Shown here: piece by piece, positions 19,511-27,778 of the stretch
How the letters are laid out: each line of letters starts with the position of its first letter
How positions within the stretch are numbered: position 1 is the first letter of the stretch
NCBI GenBank assembly: GCA_043815185.1
Contig: JBDRJF010000001.1
Coordinates: 89,690 to 153,689 of the forward strand
Origin: Candidatus Omnitrophota bacterium
GTDB lineage: Bacteria; Omnitrophota; Gorgyraeia; Duberdicusellales; 4484-171
Reading direction: 5' to 3'
DNA length: 64,000 nucleotides
Notes under the pieces: model-generated
What the model was told of the DNA's origin: nothing
The model's input: only the letters and a program-made list of their open reading frames with translations
Databases searched by the model: none
Made by a program: the position numbers and the translations under genes

Positions 19511-20200
19511 TTAATCTTTACTCTTTTTCTTTTCTTCCTTCTTGGCCGGTTCTTCTCCCTCTGCTTCTTTCTTCTCCTTAATGACTTCCGGCTCAGCCGC
19601 AGCCTCCGTTTCAACCGGAACTTCTTCCTCAGGTTCTTCTTGTTTAGCCAAAGCTGTAACTATCAAGGTCTGCATATCAGTAACAATTGTTATATCGCCG
19701 GGAACCGTCAGATCAGAAACATGCAGGGAATGTCCAATCACCAACTCCGAGACATCTATCTCTGCTTTCTCAGGAATATTTAAAGGCAGGCCTTCTATCT
19801 CTAATTCTCTTAGGATCTGCTCCAGAACTCCACCTTCTTCTTTAACTCCTTTTGGCTCTCCTTTAAGCACTATCGGAATATGCACCTTTATTTTCTCTTT
19901 TAGGGAAACCTTTAAAAAATCAATATGAATAATCTCTTCGGTAAGAGGGTGATATTGAACAGCTTTGATCAGAACTGGAAGCGATTTATTTTTCTGCCCT
20001 GCTATCTCCATATCAATTACGGTACTTTCAGAAAAATGTATTGCCTGTAAAGTTTTCAGCCCGGCAAAGGGGATGGTTAAAACTATATTGGTATCCTCAC
20101 TATAGACGACTGCCGGGACAAACCCCTGTTTACGTAATTTCTTTACGCCTTCTTTGCCTATTTTATCTCTCTTATCAACCTTAATCTCCACTCGCTCCAT
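19511..20200 (-). CDS. rplY: 50S ribosomal protein L25 / general stress protein Ctc
   Basis: GKEGVKKLRKQGFVPAVVY and an acidic/Lys-rich tail. The start was moved to ATG 20200, which has a GGGAGA Shine-Dalgarno sequence 7 nt upstream. The track start 20233 overlaps prs. Confidence 0.85.
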   Translation of the reverse strand: MERVEIKVDKRDKIGKEGVKKLRKQGFVPAVVYSEDTNIVLTIPFAGLKTLQAIHFSESTVIDMEIAGQKNKSLPVLIKAVQYHPLTEEIIHIDFLKVSLKEKIKVHIPIVLKGEPKGVKEEGGVLEQILRELEIEGLPLNIPEKAEIDVSELVIGHSLHVSDLTVPGDITIVTDMQTLIVTALAKQEEPEEEVPVETEAAAEPEVIKEKKEAEGEEPAKKEEKKKSKD

Positions 20201-20204
20201 AGCA

Positions 20205-21152
20205 TCATCTCCCGATTGAATCGAAAAGTACACTTATTGACTGCTCAAAATGAATTCTCTTTATTGCCTCAGCAAGAACACCACTCACAGAAAGAATCTT
20301 TATCTTCTTTGATTTTTTACTCTTATCCAGCGGTATAGAATCGGTGATTATTAAAGCGTCTATCGAGGATTTATTTATCTTCTCCACTGCATTGTTGGAC
20401 AGAATACCATGGGTAATAGCAGCAAAAATCTTTTTTGCTCCGTCCTTCTTCAAGGCTTTAGCTGCCTCAACTAAAGAAGAACCAGTAGCAACTATATCAT
20501 CGACTATAATCACATTCTTGCCCTTAACCTCTCCTAATATATGCATAACTTCTGTTGCCTCCGGCGTGTTCCTTCGCTTATCAACAATTGCTAATCCTGC
20601 GTGGAACCTCTTAGCATAAGCCCTGGCCATTTTTATTCCCCCTACATCAGGAGAAGCAATCACTAGATTATTAATCTTTCTTCGCTTAAAATAATCTACA
20701 AAAGTATTAATCCCGTAAAGATGGTCCAAAGGGATATCAAAAAACCCTTGAATCTGTCCGGCATGTAAATCCAATGTTAGGACTCGGTTTGCTCCGGCCC
20801 CATCAAGAATATTAGCCACTAATCTAGCCGTAATCGGCACCCGAGGTTGGTCTTTTCTATCTTGACGGGCATAGCCGAAATAAGGAATTACTACGGTTAT
20901 TCTGGAAGCAGAGGCTCGGCGTAAAGCATCAAGAATAATCAACAACTCTACTAAGTTTTCATTCACTGGCGGACAAGTAGGCTGGATAATAAAAACATCC
21001 TTGCCTCTTACGTTCTCATGAACTTTTACTCCGATTTCGCCGTCACTAAAACGCCAAACGTCCAACTTCCCCAATTTAATTTTCAGGTTCTTAGAAATAT
21101 TTTCTGCTAACTTTACATTGGCTGTGCCGCTAAAAACTATCAACTTATCCAT
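20205..21152 (-). CDS. prs: ribose-phosphate pyrophosphokinase
   Basis: YARQDRK and the DLHAGQIQGFF, IVDDIVATGSS PRPP motifs. Confidence 0.95.
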   Translation of the reverse strand: MDKLIVFSGTANVKLAENISKNLKIKLGKLDVWRFSDGEIGVKVHENVRGKDVFIIQPTCPPVNENLVELLIILDALRRASASRITVVIPYFGYARQDRKDQPRVPITARLVANILDGAGANRVLTLDLHAGQIQGFFDIPLDHLYGINTFVDYFKRRKINNLVIASPDVGGIKMARAYAKRFHAGLAIVDKRRNTPEATEVMHILGEVKGKNVIIVDDIVATGSSLVEAAKALKKDGAKKIFAAITHGILSNNAVEKINKSSIDALIITDSIPLDKSKKSKKIKILSVSGVLAEAIKRIHFEQSISVLFDSIGR

Positions 21153-22449
21153 ATACTACCCTCTTTTTTTTCTTTAACTCCCTTGCCGGAACACCTACTA
21201 CTACTGTATTAGGTTTAACATTTTTAGTCACTACACTTCCGGCACCAGTAATCGCGCCCTTACCAATTTTAACCGGAGCCACCAAGATAGTATCTGACCC
21301 AATAAAAGCATACCTTTCAATATCGGTCCTCTGCTTGGATTTACCGTCATAATTAGCTGCTACAGTCCCGGCACCGATATTAACCCCTTCGGCTATCTGC
21401 GTATCGCCCAAATAGCCAAAGTGCTTTATTCTTACCTTCTTTCCTACTTGGGTACGGTTTATTTCCAAGAAATTGCCCACCTGAGTATTATCCCCGACAG
21501 AACTACCTTTTCTTAAACGCAAATATGGCCCCAGGGAACAATTGTTGCCAATTATAACACCTTTCTCAATGAAGGTAAAGGGGTAAATTAAGGTATTTTT
21601 CCCGATTACTACCCCACTCTCGATAAAGGTAGTTTCGGGATCAATAATCTTAACTCCCTTGCAAGAAAGCTCTTCCAAGACTCTCTGGCGTATAACTTTA
21701 GCTGCTTTCCAAAGGTCTTTTTGGGTATTTATGCCTGAGATTTCTTGAGCACTATCCAAAAGATAAGTATCTATTCTCTCTCCTTGATTATAAAGAATTT
21801 CCACTATGTCAGTAAGAAAATACTCTTTTTTTCGCTTATTTTTAGTTATTAGGGATAAATTCTGCTTCAGGAGCTGATATTTAAAACAATATATCCCGCT
21901 ACTTACTTCCTGATTGATAAGTGTTGACTTTTTTCTCCGGGTGCTGCCCAGACCAATCTCAGCCTTTTCTTGGATAGCTTTAAGCTTTCCTTTCCTATCT
22001 CGTGTAATGACTCCCAGTGAATTATCATCAGCTTCATTAGCCGTAATCAAGGAACAGGAAAGTCTTCTCCTAATAAAAGAAGCAATAAAAGCTTTAAGAG
22101 TTTCGGCTCTAATTAGAGGCGTATCAGCACAAAGGACTAAGACATTCTTATACTTTATCTTTTGGGTGGCCACAGCCAAAGCATTAGCTGTTCCTAACCT
22201 TCTGGGCTGATCGACAAATTTTATCTTCGTCCCGGCAGAAAAACATTTTTTTACTTCCTGCTCAACCATTTTCCCTTTATGCCCCACGACGACGATAATC
22301 TCCTTAAGGTATCGTTTTAACCTCAATACTTCCTTTAAAGGGTAAAAAACCAGGGGTGAGCCGATTAAATCATAAACAGCTTTAGGTAAAGCTGACTTCA
22401 TCCTCTTACCCTGGCCAGCGGCTAAAATTACTACACTAAAGTTTTCCAT
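21145..22449 (-). CDS. glmU: bifunctional GlcNAc-1-P uridyltransferase / GlcN-1-P acetyltransferase
   Basis: ILAAGQGKRMKS N-terminal motif and C-terminal hexapeptide repeats. Confidence 0.9.
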   Translation of the reverse strand: MENFSVVILAAGQGKRMKSALPKAVYDLIGSPLVFYPLKEVLRLKRYLKEIIVVVGHKGKMVEQEVKKCFSAGTKIKFVDQPRRLGTANALAVATQKIKYKNVLVLCADTPLIRAETLKAFIASFIRRRLSCSLITANEADDNSLGVITRDRKGKLKAIQEKAEIGLGSTRRKKSTLINQEVSSGIYCFKYQLLKQNLSLITKNKRKKEYFLTDIVEILYNQGERIDTYLLDSAQEISGINTQKDLWKAAKVIRQRVLEELSCKGVKIIDPETTFIESGVVIGKNTLIYPFTFIEKGVIIGNNCSLGPYLRLRKGSSVGDNTQVGNFLEINRTQVGKKVRIKHFGYLGDTQIAEGVNIGAGTVAANYDGKSKQRTDIERYAFIGSDTILVAPVKIGKGAITGAGSVVTKNVKPNTVVVGVPARELKKKKRVVYG

Positions 22450-22497
22450 AATTACCTACCTCTTGACAATATGATTGTCCGTCACTACAGGAACGGT

Positions 22498-22525
22498 TTT
22501 ATAAAATTGGGTTAAAGGTTCACAA
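22498..22525 (-). promoter_or_regulatory. candidate glmU promoter TTGTGA-16-TATAAA
   Basis: The minus strand reads TTGTGAacctttaacccaatttTATAAA, about 50 nt upstream of the glmU ATG. Confidence 0.35.
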
Positions 22526-22530
22526 ACCTC

Positions 22531-22559
22531 TTGACAAATAGCCTTTCTTAAGGTATATT
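22531..22559 (+). promoter_or_regulatory. plus-strand consensus-like promoter TTGACA-17-TATATT pointing into the 3' end of the DUF3800 gene
   Basis: TTGACAaatagcctttcttaaggTATATT. It lies back-to-back with the glmU promoter candidate. Confidence 0.4.
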
Positions 22560-22560
22560 T

Positions 22561-22606
22561 AAAATGCGGGCGTTGACTGGGTCGATGGCTCGCATTTTTT
22601 ATTTCT
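22561..22606. terminator. bidirectional hairpin at the DUF3800 stop codon
   Basis: aaaATGCGGGC-16 nt-GCTCGCATtttttatttct. On the plus-strand RNA all 8 core pairs form (one G-U) and a T-run follows. On the minus strand it has one A-C mismatch and a shorter U-run. Confidence 0.5.
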
Positions 22607-23342
22607 GCTTCGGTTCAAACTCCCACACGCTAAAGTAATTCGGTTGATGCTTTGTAAAGTTCCTCGCTAAAGATTCTACTCCTAATTTCCCTTTGAGAAA
22701 ATCACAAACTTTTCCTTTAAATATATCCGCCTTCCTGTCTGGTTGACGGTTTCTTTTGAAATCCAACACAATACATCCTATCAAAACATCTACCAATTGA
22801 ATAAAAAGCGATGCGTGCGACTCAAGCACAGTTGCATTGTAGACAGTCGGTAAAGTTCTAATTTCTGGCTCATAGTATTTATTACTGGTTTTCGGTTTTC
22901 CTAAGAAATCCGCAATAACGCATATTTTATCATCCGGTTTCATGTTATTATTGATTACCATCTTAGAATAACCTATGTATGCTTCCCAAGTATCCGGGAA
23001 AACCTCTTCAATTTTAACTCCGGGATTTGCCTTATCAATCACAAGACTACAAAATTGAAGTTTTGTAAATTTAAAATATAGTCCTATAAGATCATAATAA
23101 AATTCGTGTGAGCCACGAGTAATGCTTGAAAATTTAAACTCAAAACAACCCTTTTTTACCGGTAGTCCTTTTGTTTGCCTTTTAAGGTCAAGCTTCGATT
23201 CAGCTCTGTTTTTCAATACGCGCAATTCTTCATATAAAGCTGAAGTATCTTCGCACCTCAATAGACCTATTGCAAAGAATCGCTGATCGGGATCATTATG
23301 CAATACGCCAGTTTCATCAATAAAACCAAAATAGTTTGCCAT
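22599..23342 (-). CDS. DUF3800-family protein
   Basis: N-terminus YFGFIDETG and C-terminal ESHASLFIQLVDVLIG match the DUF3800 pattern as I recall it (IDESG ... DS..s.giQlAD). No neighbouring partner genes. Confidence 0.65.
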   Translation of the reverse strand: MANYFGFIDETGVLHNDPDQRFFAIGLLRCEDTSALYEELRVLKNRAESKLDLKRQTKGLPVKKGCFEFKFSSITRGSHEFYYDLIGLYFKFTKLQFCSLVIDKANPGVKIEEVFPDTWEAYIGYSKMVINNNMKPDDKICVIADFLGKPKTSNKYYEPEIRTLPTVYNATVLESHASLFIQLVDVLIGCIVLDFKRNRQPDRKADIFKGKVCDFLKGKLGVESLARNFTKHQPNYFSVWEFEPKQK

Positions 23343-23379
23343 AGTTATTTTTGCTTCTTCGTTCGCCTGAGCATCAAGT

Positions 23380-23454
23380 TGGTTGCCCGGCCTGGACTCG
23401 AACCAGGAAACTCAGCTCCAAAAGCTGATGTGTTACCGATTACACTACCGGGCA
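23380..23454 (-). tRNA. tRNA-Gln (anticodon UUG), CCA encoded
   Basis: Hand-folded cloverleaf: acceptor TGCCCGG/CCGGGCA, D stem GTGT/ACAC, anticodon stem TCAGC/GCTGA with loop TTTTGGA, T arm CCTGG-TTCGAGT-CCAGG, then ACCA. Confidence 0.85.
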
Positions 23455-23517
23455 GGTGTTTTTAGATTATGGGTTAGCGTACTTTTTTTATTTTATGCTT
23501 ACCCTTAGGCCTGCTCT

Positions 23518-23943
23518 CTACTCTCCTCCGCTTGCTTCTTCGGTTGTAGCCTTTTCCTTAATTATCTCACTGCGCGGTGCTGCTTTTTCATCATGGTAAG
23601 CATCTAGAACCTTACTCTGCAAGTAATCCCGAAATTCCTGGTTGATCGGATGTGCTAAATCTTGATGTGTCGTGTGGCGGTTATCATCTGATTCCCGAGG
23701 AGAAGGAGGTAATTGTACTCCACAATGATTACAATATTGGCTGCCAACATCAATTTTTTTGCCGCAACGAGGACAAAACTGCTTTAACTTCCTTGCCGGC
23801 ATTGCAACAAATAAGCCGTTATTACCTTCAATAACCTTAATGTTTCTTACCACAAAAGAATTATCAAAGGTAATTGTTGCATAAGCCTTAAGTCTCCTGC
23901 CCTCACTTTCCCGAAGAGAAACTCTGACTTCTGTAATCTCCAT
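23518..23943 (-). CDS. spoVG: SpoVG-family protein with an inserted zinc-ribbon
   Basis: MEITEVRVSL...LKAYATITFDNSFVVRNIKVIEGNNGLFVAMPARK followed by DLAHPINQEFR forms the SpoVG core. Between them lies CPRCGKKIDVGSQYCNHCG. Confidence 0.8.
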   Translation of the reverse strand: MEITEVRVSLRESEGRRLKAYATITFDNSFVVRNIKVIEGNNGLFVAMPARKLKQFCPRCGKKIDVGSQYCNHCGVQLPPSPRESDDNRHTTHQDLAHPINQEFRDYLQSKVLDAYHDEKAAPRSEIIKEKATTEEASGGE

Positions 23944-23973
23944 AGAACCTACCTCCTTTAGTTATCAGATGCC

Positions 23974-24909
23974 TTAAAATGTCTTAGCTGTAAACATCAG
24001 CCAATTATCTTTTGCCAAATTCTTTATTTTAGACAGAGAAAAATTGTCAAAGATTGTGTACAGTGCGCTCCCGGAACCGGTTACCTTGGTAAAAATACCT
24101 TCTCCAGCTAAGAGTGCTTTCGCACTTCTTAACTCCTTACAAACAGCCAGAGCGCTTGGCTCTAAAGCATTGAAAATATTCGCCTTAATTAAATGAATAT
24201 CTCCTTTTTTTAGAGCATACCGCAATATCTTAGCATTATTAAAAAATTTTGTCAATTCCTGCCTGCCGCCTGTCTTGTGGTAAACAGGACAAGGCAGGTT
24301 ACTTTCGAGTCTTTCATAAACCCTTTTAGTAGATAGGGATATTCCCGGCCAGATAATAAGATAACGGAATTTAGGCTTTACTTTAAAAGGGGTTACTCTC
24401 TGCCCTCTCCCCTCAAGAAAGGCAAATTGGCTCTCAGAGAGGAAAAAATTGACATCACTACCAAGCTTTGGGCCTAATCGATAAAGCTGATCAGGTTTTA
24501 AACCCAATTTAAGCAGTTCGTTTATCCCTAAAAGGACACTGGCAGCATTAGAAGAACCTCCTCCTAAACCGGCCCCGATAGGGATATTCTTTTTAAGGAA
24601 AATATCAAAGCCAAAAGGAATCTTAAATTTCTTTTGCAGAAGTTGTGCAGCCTTAAATACAAGATTCCCACTGGTTTCTAAACTCTTATTGTTTGAAGAT
24701 ATCTTTATTGTCGGGTCCGGCAGGATTCTGATTGAAATCTGATCCGCTAATGAGATGCGTTCAACAATACTCTCTATACGATGGAACCCATTTGAATACT
24801 TATCCTTTATATTAAGGTAAAGGTTTATTTTGGCGGGGCTTAAAATTCTAATCTTACTACCGCAACAACTTTTCTGCTTTCTCAGCGATAAAATTAGCGG
24901 AGAGGCCAT
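23974..24909 (-). CDS. ispE: 4-diphosphocytidyl-2-C-methyl-D-erythritol kinase
   Basis: SPAKINLYLNI and the GHMP motif PIGAGLGGGSSNAA. The start overlaps the transketolase C subunit by 53 nt, so the exact start is uncertain. Confidence 0.85.
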   Translation of the reverse strand: MASPLILSLRKQKSCCGSKIRILSPAKINLYLNIKDKYSNGFHRIESIVERISLADQISIRILPDPTIKISSNNKSLETSGNLVFKAAQLLQKKFKIPFGFDIFLKKNIPIGAGLGGGSSNAASVLLGINELLKLGLKPDQLYRLGPKLGSDVNFFLSESQFAFLEGRGQRVTPFKVKPKFRYLIIWPGISLSTKRVYERLESNLPCPVYHKTGGRQELTKFFNNAKILRYALKKGDIHLIKANIFNALEPSALAVCKELRSAKALLAGEGIFTKVTGSGSALYTIFDNFSLSKIKNLAKDNWLMFTAKTF

Positions 24910-25783
24910 AAAAATCCATCAACTCCTGAGGTGAACCGGATTGACCAAACTCATCCTCTACCCCTACACGCTCCACTTGCGTCGGGTATTTACGAATCAG
25001 CACTTCAGCTATGGCTGAAAAGAGACCACCGGTAACCTGATGCTCCTCACAAACAAGAACCTTCTTATGTTTTTTAGCAACAGACACAAGTAAATCCTCA
25101 TCAATCGGTTTTATAGTGTGAAGATTTACTACAGTTGTTGATATGCCCTTCTTTTTTAAGATTTCCGCTACCATTAAGGCTTCATAAACCATAACACCAC
25201 AGGCGATTATTGCTAAATCTTCACCCTCCTCAATTATCTGTCCCCTCCCAAACACAAACTTATCTTTCATAGCAAGGGTGGGAACTTTTGAACGGCTTAA
25301 ACGAATATAAAATGGTCCCGGATTTTTATAAGCAGCGATAACTGCTTCTTTGGTCTGAGGGGCATCAGCAGGAACAACTATTTTCATGTTAGGAATTGCC
25401 CGGAAAAAATTAATATCCTCCAAAGCTTGGTGTGATGCCCCATCTTCACCTACGCTTATCCCCCCGTGGGTAGCCACAATCTTAACATTAAAGTTGCTGT
25501 AACAAATTGTGTTTCTGACTTGATCCAGGGCCCGGGCCGTAGCAAACATAGCAAATGTAGAAGCAAAAACGATTTTATTGCAACTAGCTAAACCAGCAGC
25601 AGCAGCCATCATATTCTGTTCGGCAACACCAAAATTAAAAAACCGCTCGGGAAACTCCTGGGCGAAAAAGGAAGTACGGGTTGAACCGGAAAGGTCAGCA
25701 TCTAAAACGACTATATTCTTATCCTTCTTACCCAGCTCTAGGAGTGTCTTACCGTATACGTCACGGGCGTATAATTTTTCCAT
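24857..25783 (-). CDS. transketolase, C-terminal (pyrimidine-binding) subunit
   Basis: FNFGVAEQNMM and HGGISVGEDGASHQ motifs. About 308 aa, the split form. Confidence 0.9.
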   Translation of the reverse strand: MEKLYARDVYGKTLLELGKKDKNIVVLDADLSGSTRTSFFAQEFPERFFNFGVAEQNMMAAAAGLASCNKIVFASTFAMFATARALDQVRNTICYSNFNVKIVATHGGISVGEDGASHQALEDINFFRAIPNMKIVVPADAPQTKEAVIAAYKNPGPFYIRLSRSKVPTLAMKDKFVFGRGQIIEEGEDLAIIACGVMVYEALMVAEILKKKGISTTVVNLHTIKPIDEDLLVSVAKKHKKVLVCEEHQVTGGLFSAIAEVLIRKYPTQVERVGVEDEFGQSGSPQELMDFYGLSANFIAEKAEKLLR

Positions 25784-25816
25784 TCTTTAGTTTATTTAGT
25801 TTTTATTATTTATATT

Positions 25817-25865
25817 GTTAATATAGTTTAAAACAAACTAAACCAACTAAATCAACTATATTAAC
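25817..25865. repeat. 12-bp perfect inverted repeat (GTTAATATAGTT / AACTATATTAAC) in the spacer between the transketolase subunits
   Basis: Read directly. The arms are at 25817..25828 and 25854..25865, and TTTAGTT-type direct repeats lie in the loop. Confidence 0.6.
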
Positions 25866-25876
25866 TAAAATAACTA

Positions 25877-26704
25877 TTAACCGTTTTTGTCTAGTTCGCC
25901 TAAAGCGATATCTCTTTCTTCTTCAGTAGGAGCCCTTCCGTGAAAATCAACCACATGTTCCATAAAGGATACTCCTTTACCCTTAACCGTGTTAGCAATA
26001 ATTACTGTCGGTTTTTGCTTAATTATTTTTGCTTCCTCAAATGCTTCCAGCAACTCGGCGATATTGTGTCCATCACATTGAATTACATGCCAGCCAAAAG
26101 ACTCCCATTTCATGGCTAAAGGGGCTAGTTCCATTATCTCTTCAATCTTTCCGTCAATCTGAAAGTGATTATAGTCAACTATCCCACAGAGGTTGTCTAA
26201 TTTAAAATGGGCTGCTGACATTGCTGCTTCCCAGATATTCCCTTCCTGAAGTTCACCATCGCCCATAAGACAGTAAACGCGGTAATTGCGCTTATCAATC
26301 TTTGCTGCCAGGCTCATACCACAAGCAACCGATAGACCCTGGCCTAAAGAACCACTAGCTACTTCTATACCGGGAGTACCGCAATCAGGATGACCCTGAA
26401 GAAGACAGCCAAGTTTTCGTAAATGCATCAACTCGTCAGTAGAAAAATACCCACACAGGGCTAAAGCCGAATAAACAACCGGACAGCAATGCCCCTTAGA
26501 AAGATGGAATCGGTCTCGATCTAACCAACCAGGTTCCTGGGGATTATGATTCATAACTTCGAAGTAAAGACAAGTGACAACTTCGGTTGCCGAGAGAGAA
26601 CCTCCGGGGTGCCCACTCTTAGCTTCGGTTAACATCTTAATGATAAGTTTTCGAATTGTATTGGCTTTATTCTCCAGCAGCCTTATTTTATTCCTCATGT
26701 TCAT
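25877..26704 (-). CDS. transketolase, N-terminal (TPP-binding) subunit
   Basis: SGHPGGSLS and GDGELQEGNIWEA motifs. Confidence 0.9.
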   Translation of the reverse strand: MNMRNKIRLLENKANTIRKLIIKMLTEAKSGHPGGSLSATEVVTCLYFEVMNHNPQEPGWLDRDRFHLSKGHCCPVVYSALALCGYFSTDELMHLRKLGCLLQGHPDCGTPGIEVASGSLGQGLSVACGMSLAAKIDKRNYRVYCLMGDGELQEGNIWEAAMSAAHFKLDNLCGIVDYNHFQIDGKIEEIMELAPLAMKWESFGWHVIQCDGHNIAELLEAFEEAKIIKQKPTVIIANTVKGKGVSFMEHVVDFHGRAPTEEERDIALGELDKNG

Positions 26705-27641
26705 TCTCGTTAACTTTTACCTTTAAATCCTTATCGTCGGGGAATTGCTGGAGCCCTTCCCGATAATAGCTAACTCCCTTTTCCCGATCGCCAATTTCGA
26801 TATAAATATCTCCTAGATGTTCATAGATATCAGGATCCTTAACCAAACCTATGGCTTTGAGGATATGTTCTTTGGCTTTTTCTATTTCTCCTTTTTTAAA
26901 ATAAACCCACCCCAAACTATCAAGATAAGCTCCATTTTCCGGCTCCTTCTCTAAGGCCTTTTTTACCAGTTCCTCAGCCAGGTCTAGATTTATCCCTTCC
27001 TCAGCATAGGTATAACCCAAACAATTTAAGATTGGGGTAAATGAAGAATCAAGAACTCTCCCTTTCTCCCAGGTCTCTAAAGCTTTTTCGCGTTGGCCAC
27101 GCTCATCGTAAAGAAAACCTAACCAAAAAAAAGCCTCGACATAATCAGGATTGGTTTCTAAAATTTTTTCATATATTTTAATTGCTTCCTGAGGTCTTTT
27201 TTTATGAAAATAAAATTGAGCTAGGTATGCGGATATACCTATATCTTTAGGCTTTTCCTTATGTGCCTGTTTCAAAAAGCTCTCATACTCTTCTTCCAGC
27301 TCTTGGTTCTTCTCACTATAGGAGTAAACAAAAATTAAAGCTAAGTGGATATCCAGATTGTCGGGGTCAATCTGCTTAGCTTCTTTTAAGACTGTTTCAG
27401 CTTCATTGAGGCGACCCATAAGAATTAAGACTGAGGCGATTTTTAAACGGATATGGATAGATTGAGGGTCTGCGGCTTTGGCTCTCTCCAATTCCTCTAA
27501 TCCCTGAAGATACTCTCCCTCCTGAGCATAAAGAAGGCCTTTTAGGTAATTGCTGTAAAGATTAGTAAGCGACCTTTGACTTTGAGCAAAAGATAAAGGT
27601 ACGATAAGAGAAGAAATAACTAATATCAGGAAAAATCTCAT
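26688..27641 (-). CDS. secreted tetratricopeptide-repeat protein
   Basis: Signal peptide MRFFLILVISSLIVPLSFAQ, then repeated A..Y..AL..DP TPR-like units. Confidence 0.7.
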   Translation of the reverse strand: MRFFLILVISSLIVPLSFAQSQRSLTNLYSNYLKGLLYAQEGEYLQGLEELERAKAADPQSIHIRLKIASVLILMGRLNEAETVLKEAKQIDPDNLDIHLALIFVYSYSEKNQELEEEYESFLKQAHKEKPKDIGISAYLAQFYFHKKRPQEAIKIYEKILETNPDYVEAFFWLGFLYDERGQREKALETWEKGRVLDSSFTPILNCLGYTYAEEGINLDLAEELVKKALEKEPENGAYLDSLGWVYFKKGEIEKAKEHILKAIGLVKDPDIYEHLGDIYIEIGDREKGVSYYREGLQQFPDDKDLKVKVNENEHEE

Positions 27642-27647
27642 TGATGA

Positions 27648-27737
27648 TTATTTCGACTTATGCCTCTGTTGTTTTCGTCTTTTCTTAAACCAGTGTCTTT
27701 TTACCTTCTTCAATTTCCTTTTCTTTCCACAAGGCAT
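27648..27737 (-). CDS. 29-aa highly basic peptide (ribosomal-protein-like; not in ORF track)
   Basis: Own translation: MPCGKKRKLKKVKRHWFKKRRKQQRHKSK*. A GGAGA Shine-Dalgarno sequence lies about 6 nt upstream. It fills the hisG / TPR gene gap. Confidence 0.5.
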   Translation of the reverse strand: MPCGKKRKLKKVKRHWFKKRRKQQRHKSK

Positions 27738-27778
27738 ATTATCTCCAAAAGTTTGACTGCTAATTTAGCTAATATACT

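Noticed and set aside
22566-22595. Possible att-like partial repeat of the tRNA-Gln 3' end (TCGA.CCAG...GCCCGCA) at the far side of the DUF3800 gene
   Set aside because: The similarity to TTCGAGTCCAGGCCGGGCA is weak and gapped when aligned by eye. The segment is adequately explained as the terminator hairpin, and no integrase is present.
25784-25876. AT-rich repeats in the transketolase spacer as a mini CRISPR array or mobile element end
   Set aside because: There is only one inverted-repeat pair and 7-nt degenerate direct repeats. There is no repeat-spacer periodicity, no cas genes and no transposase.
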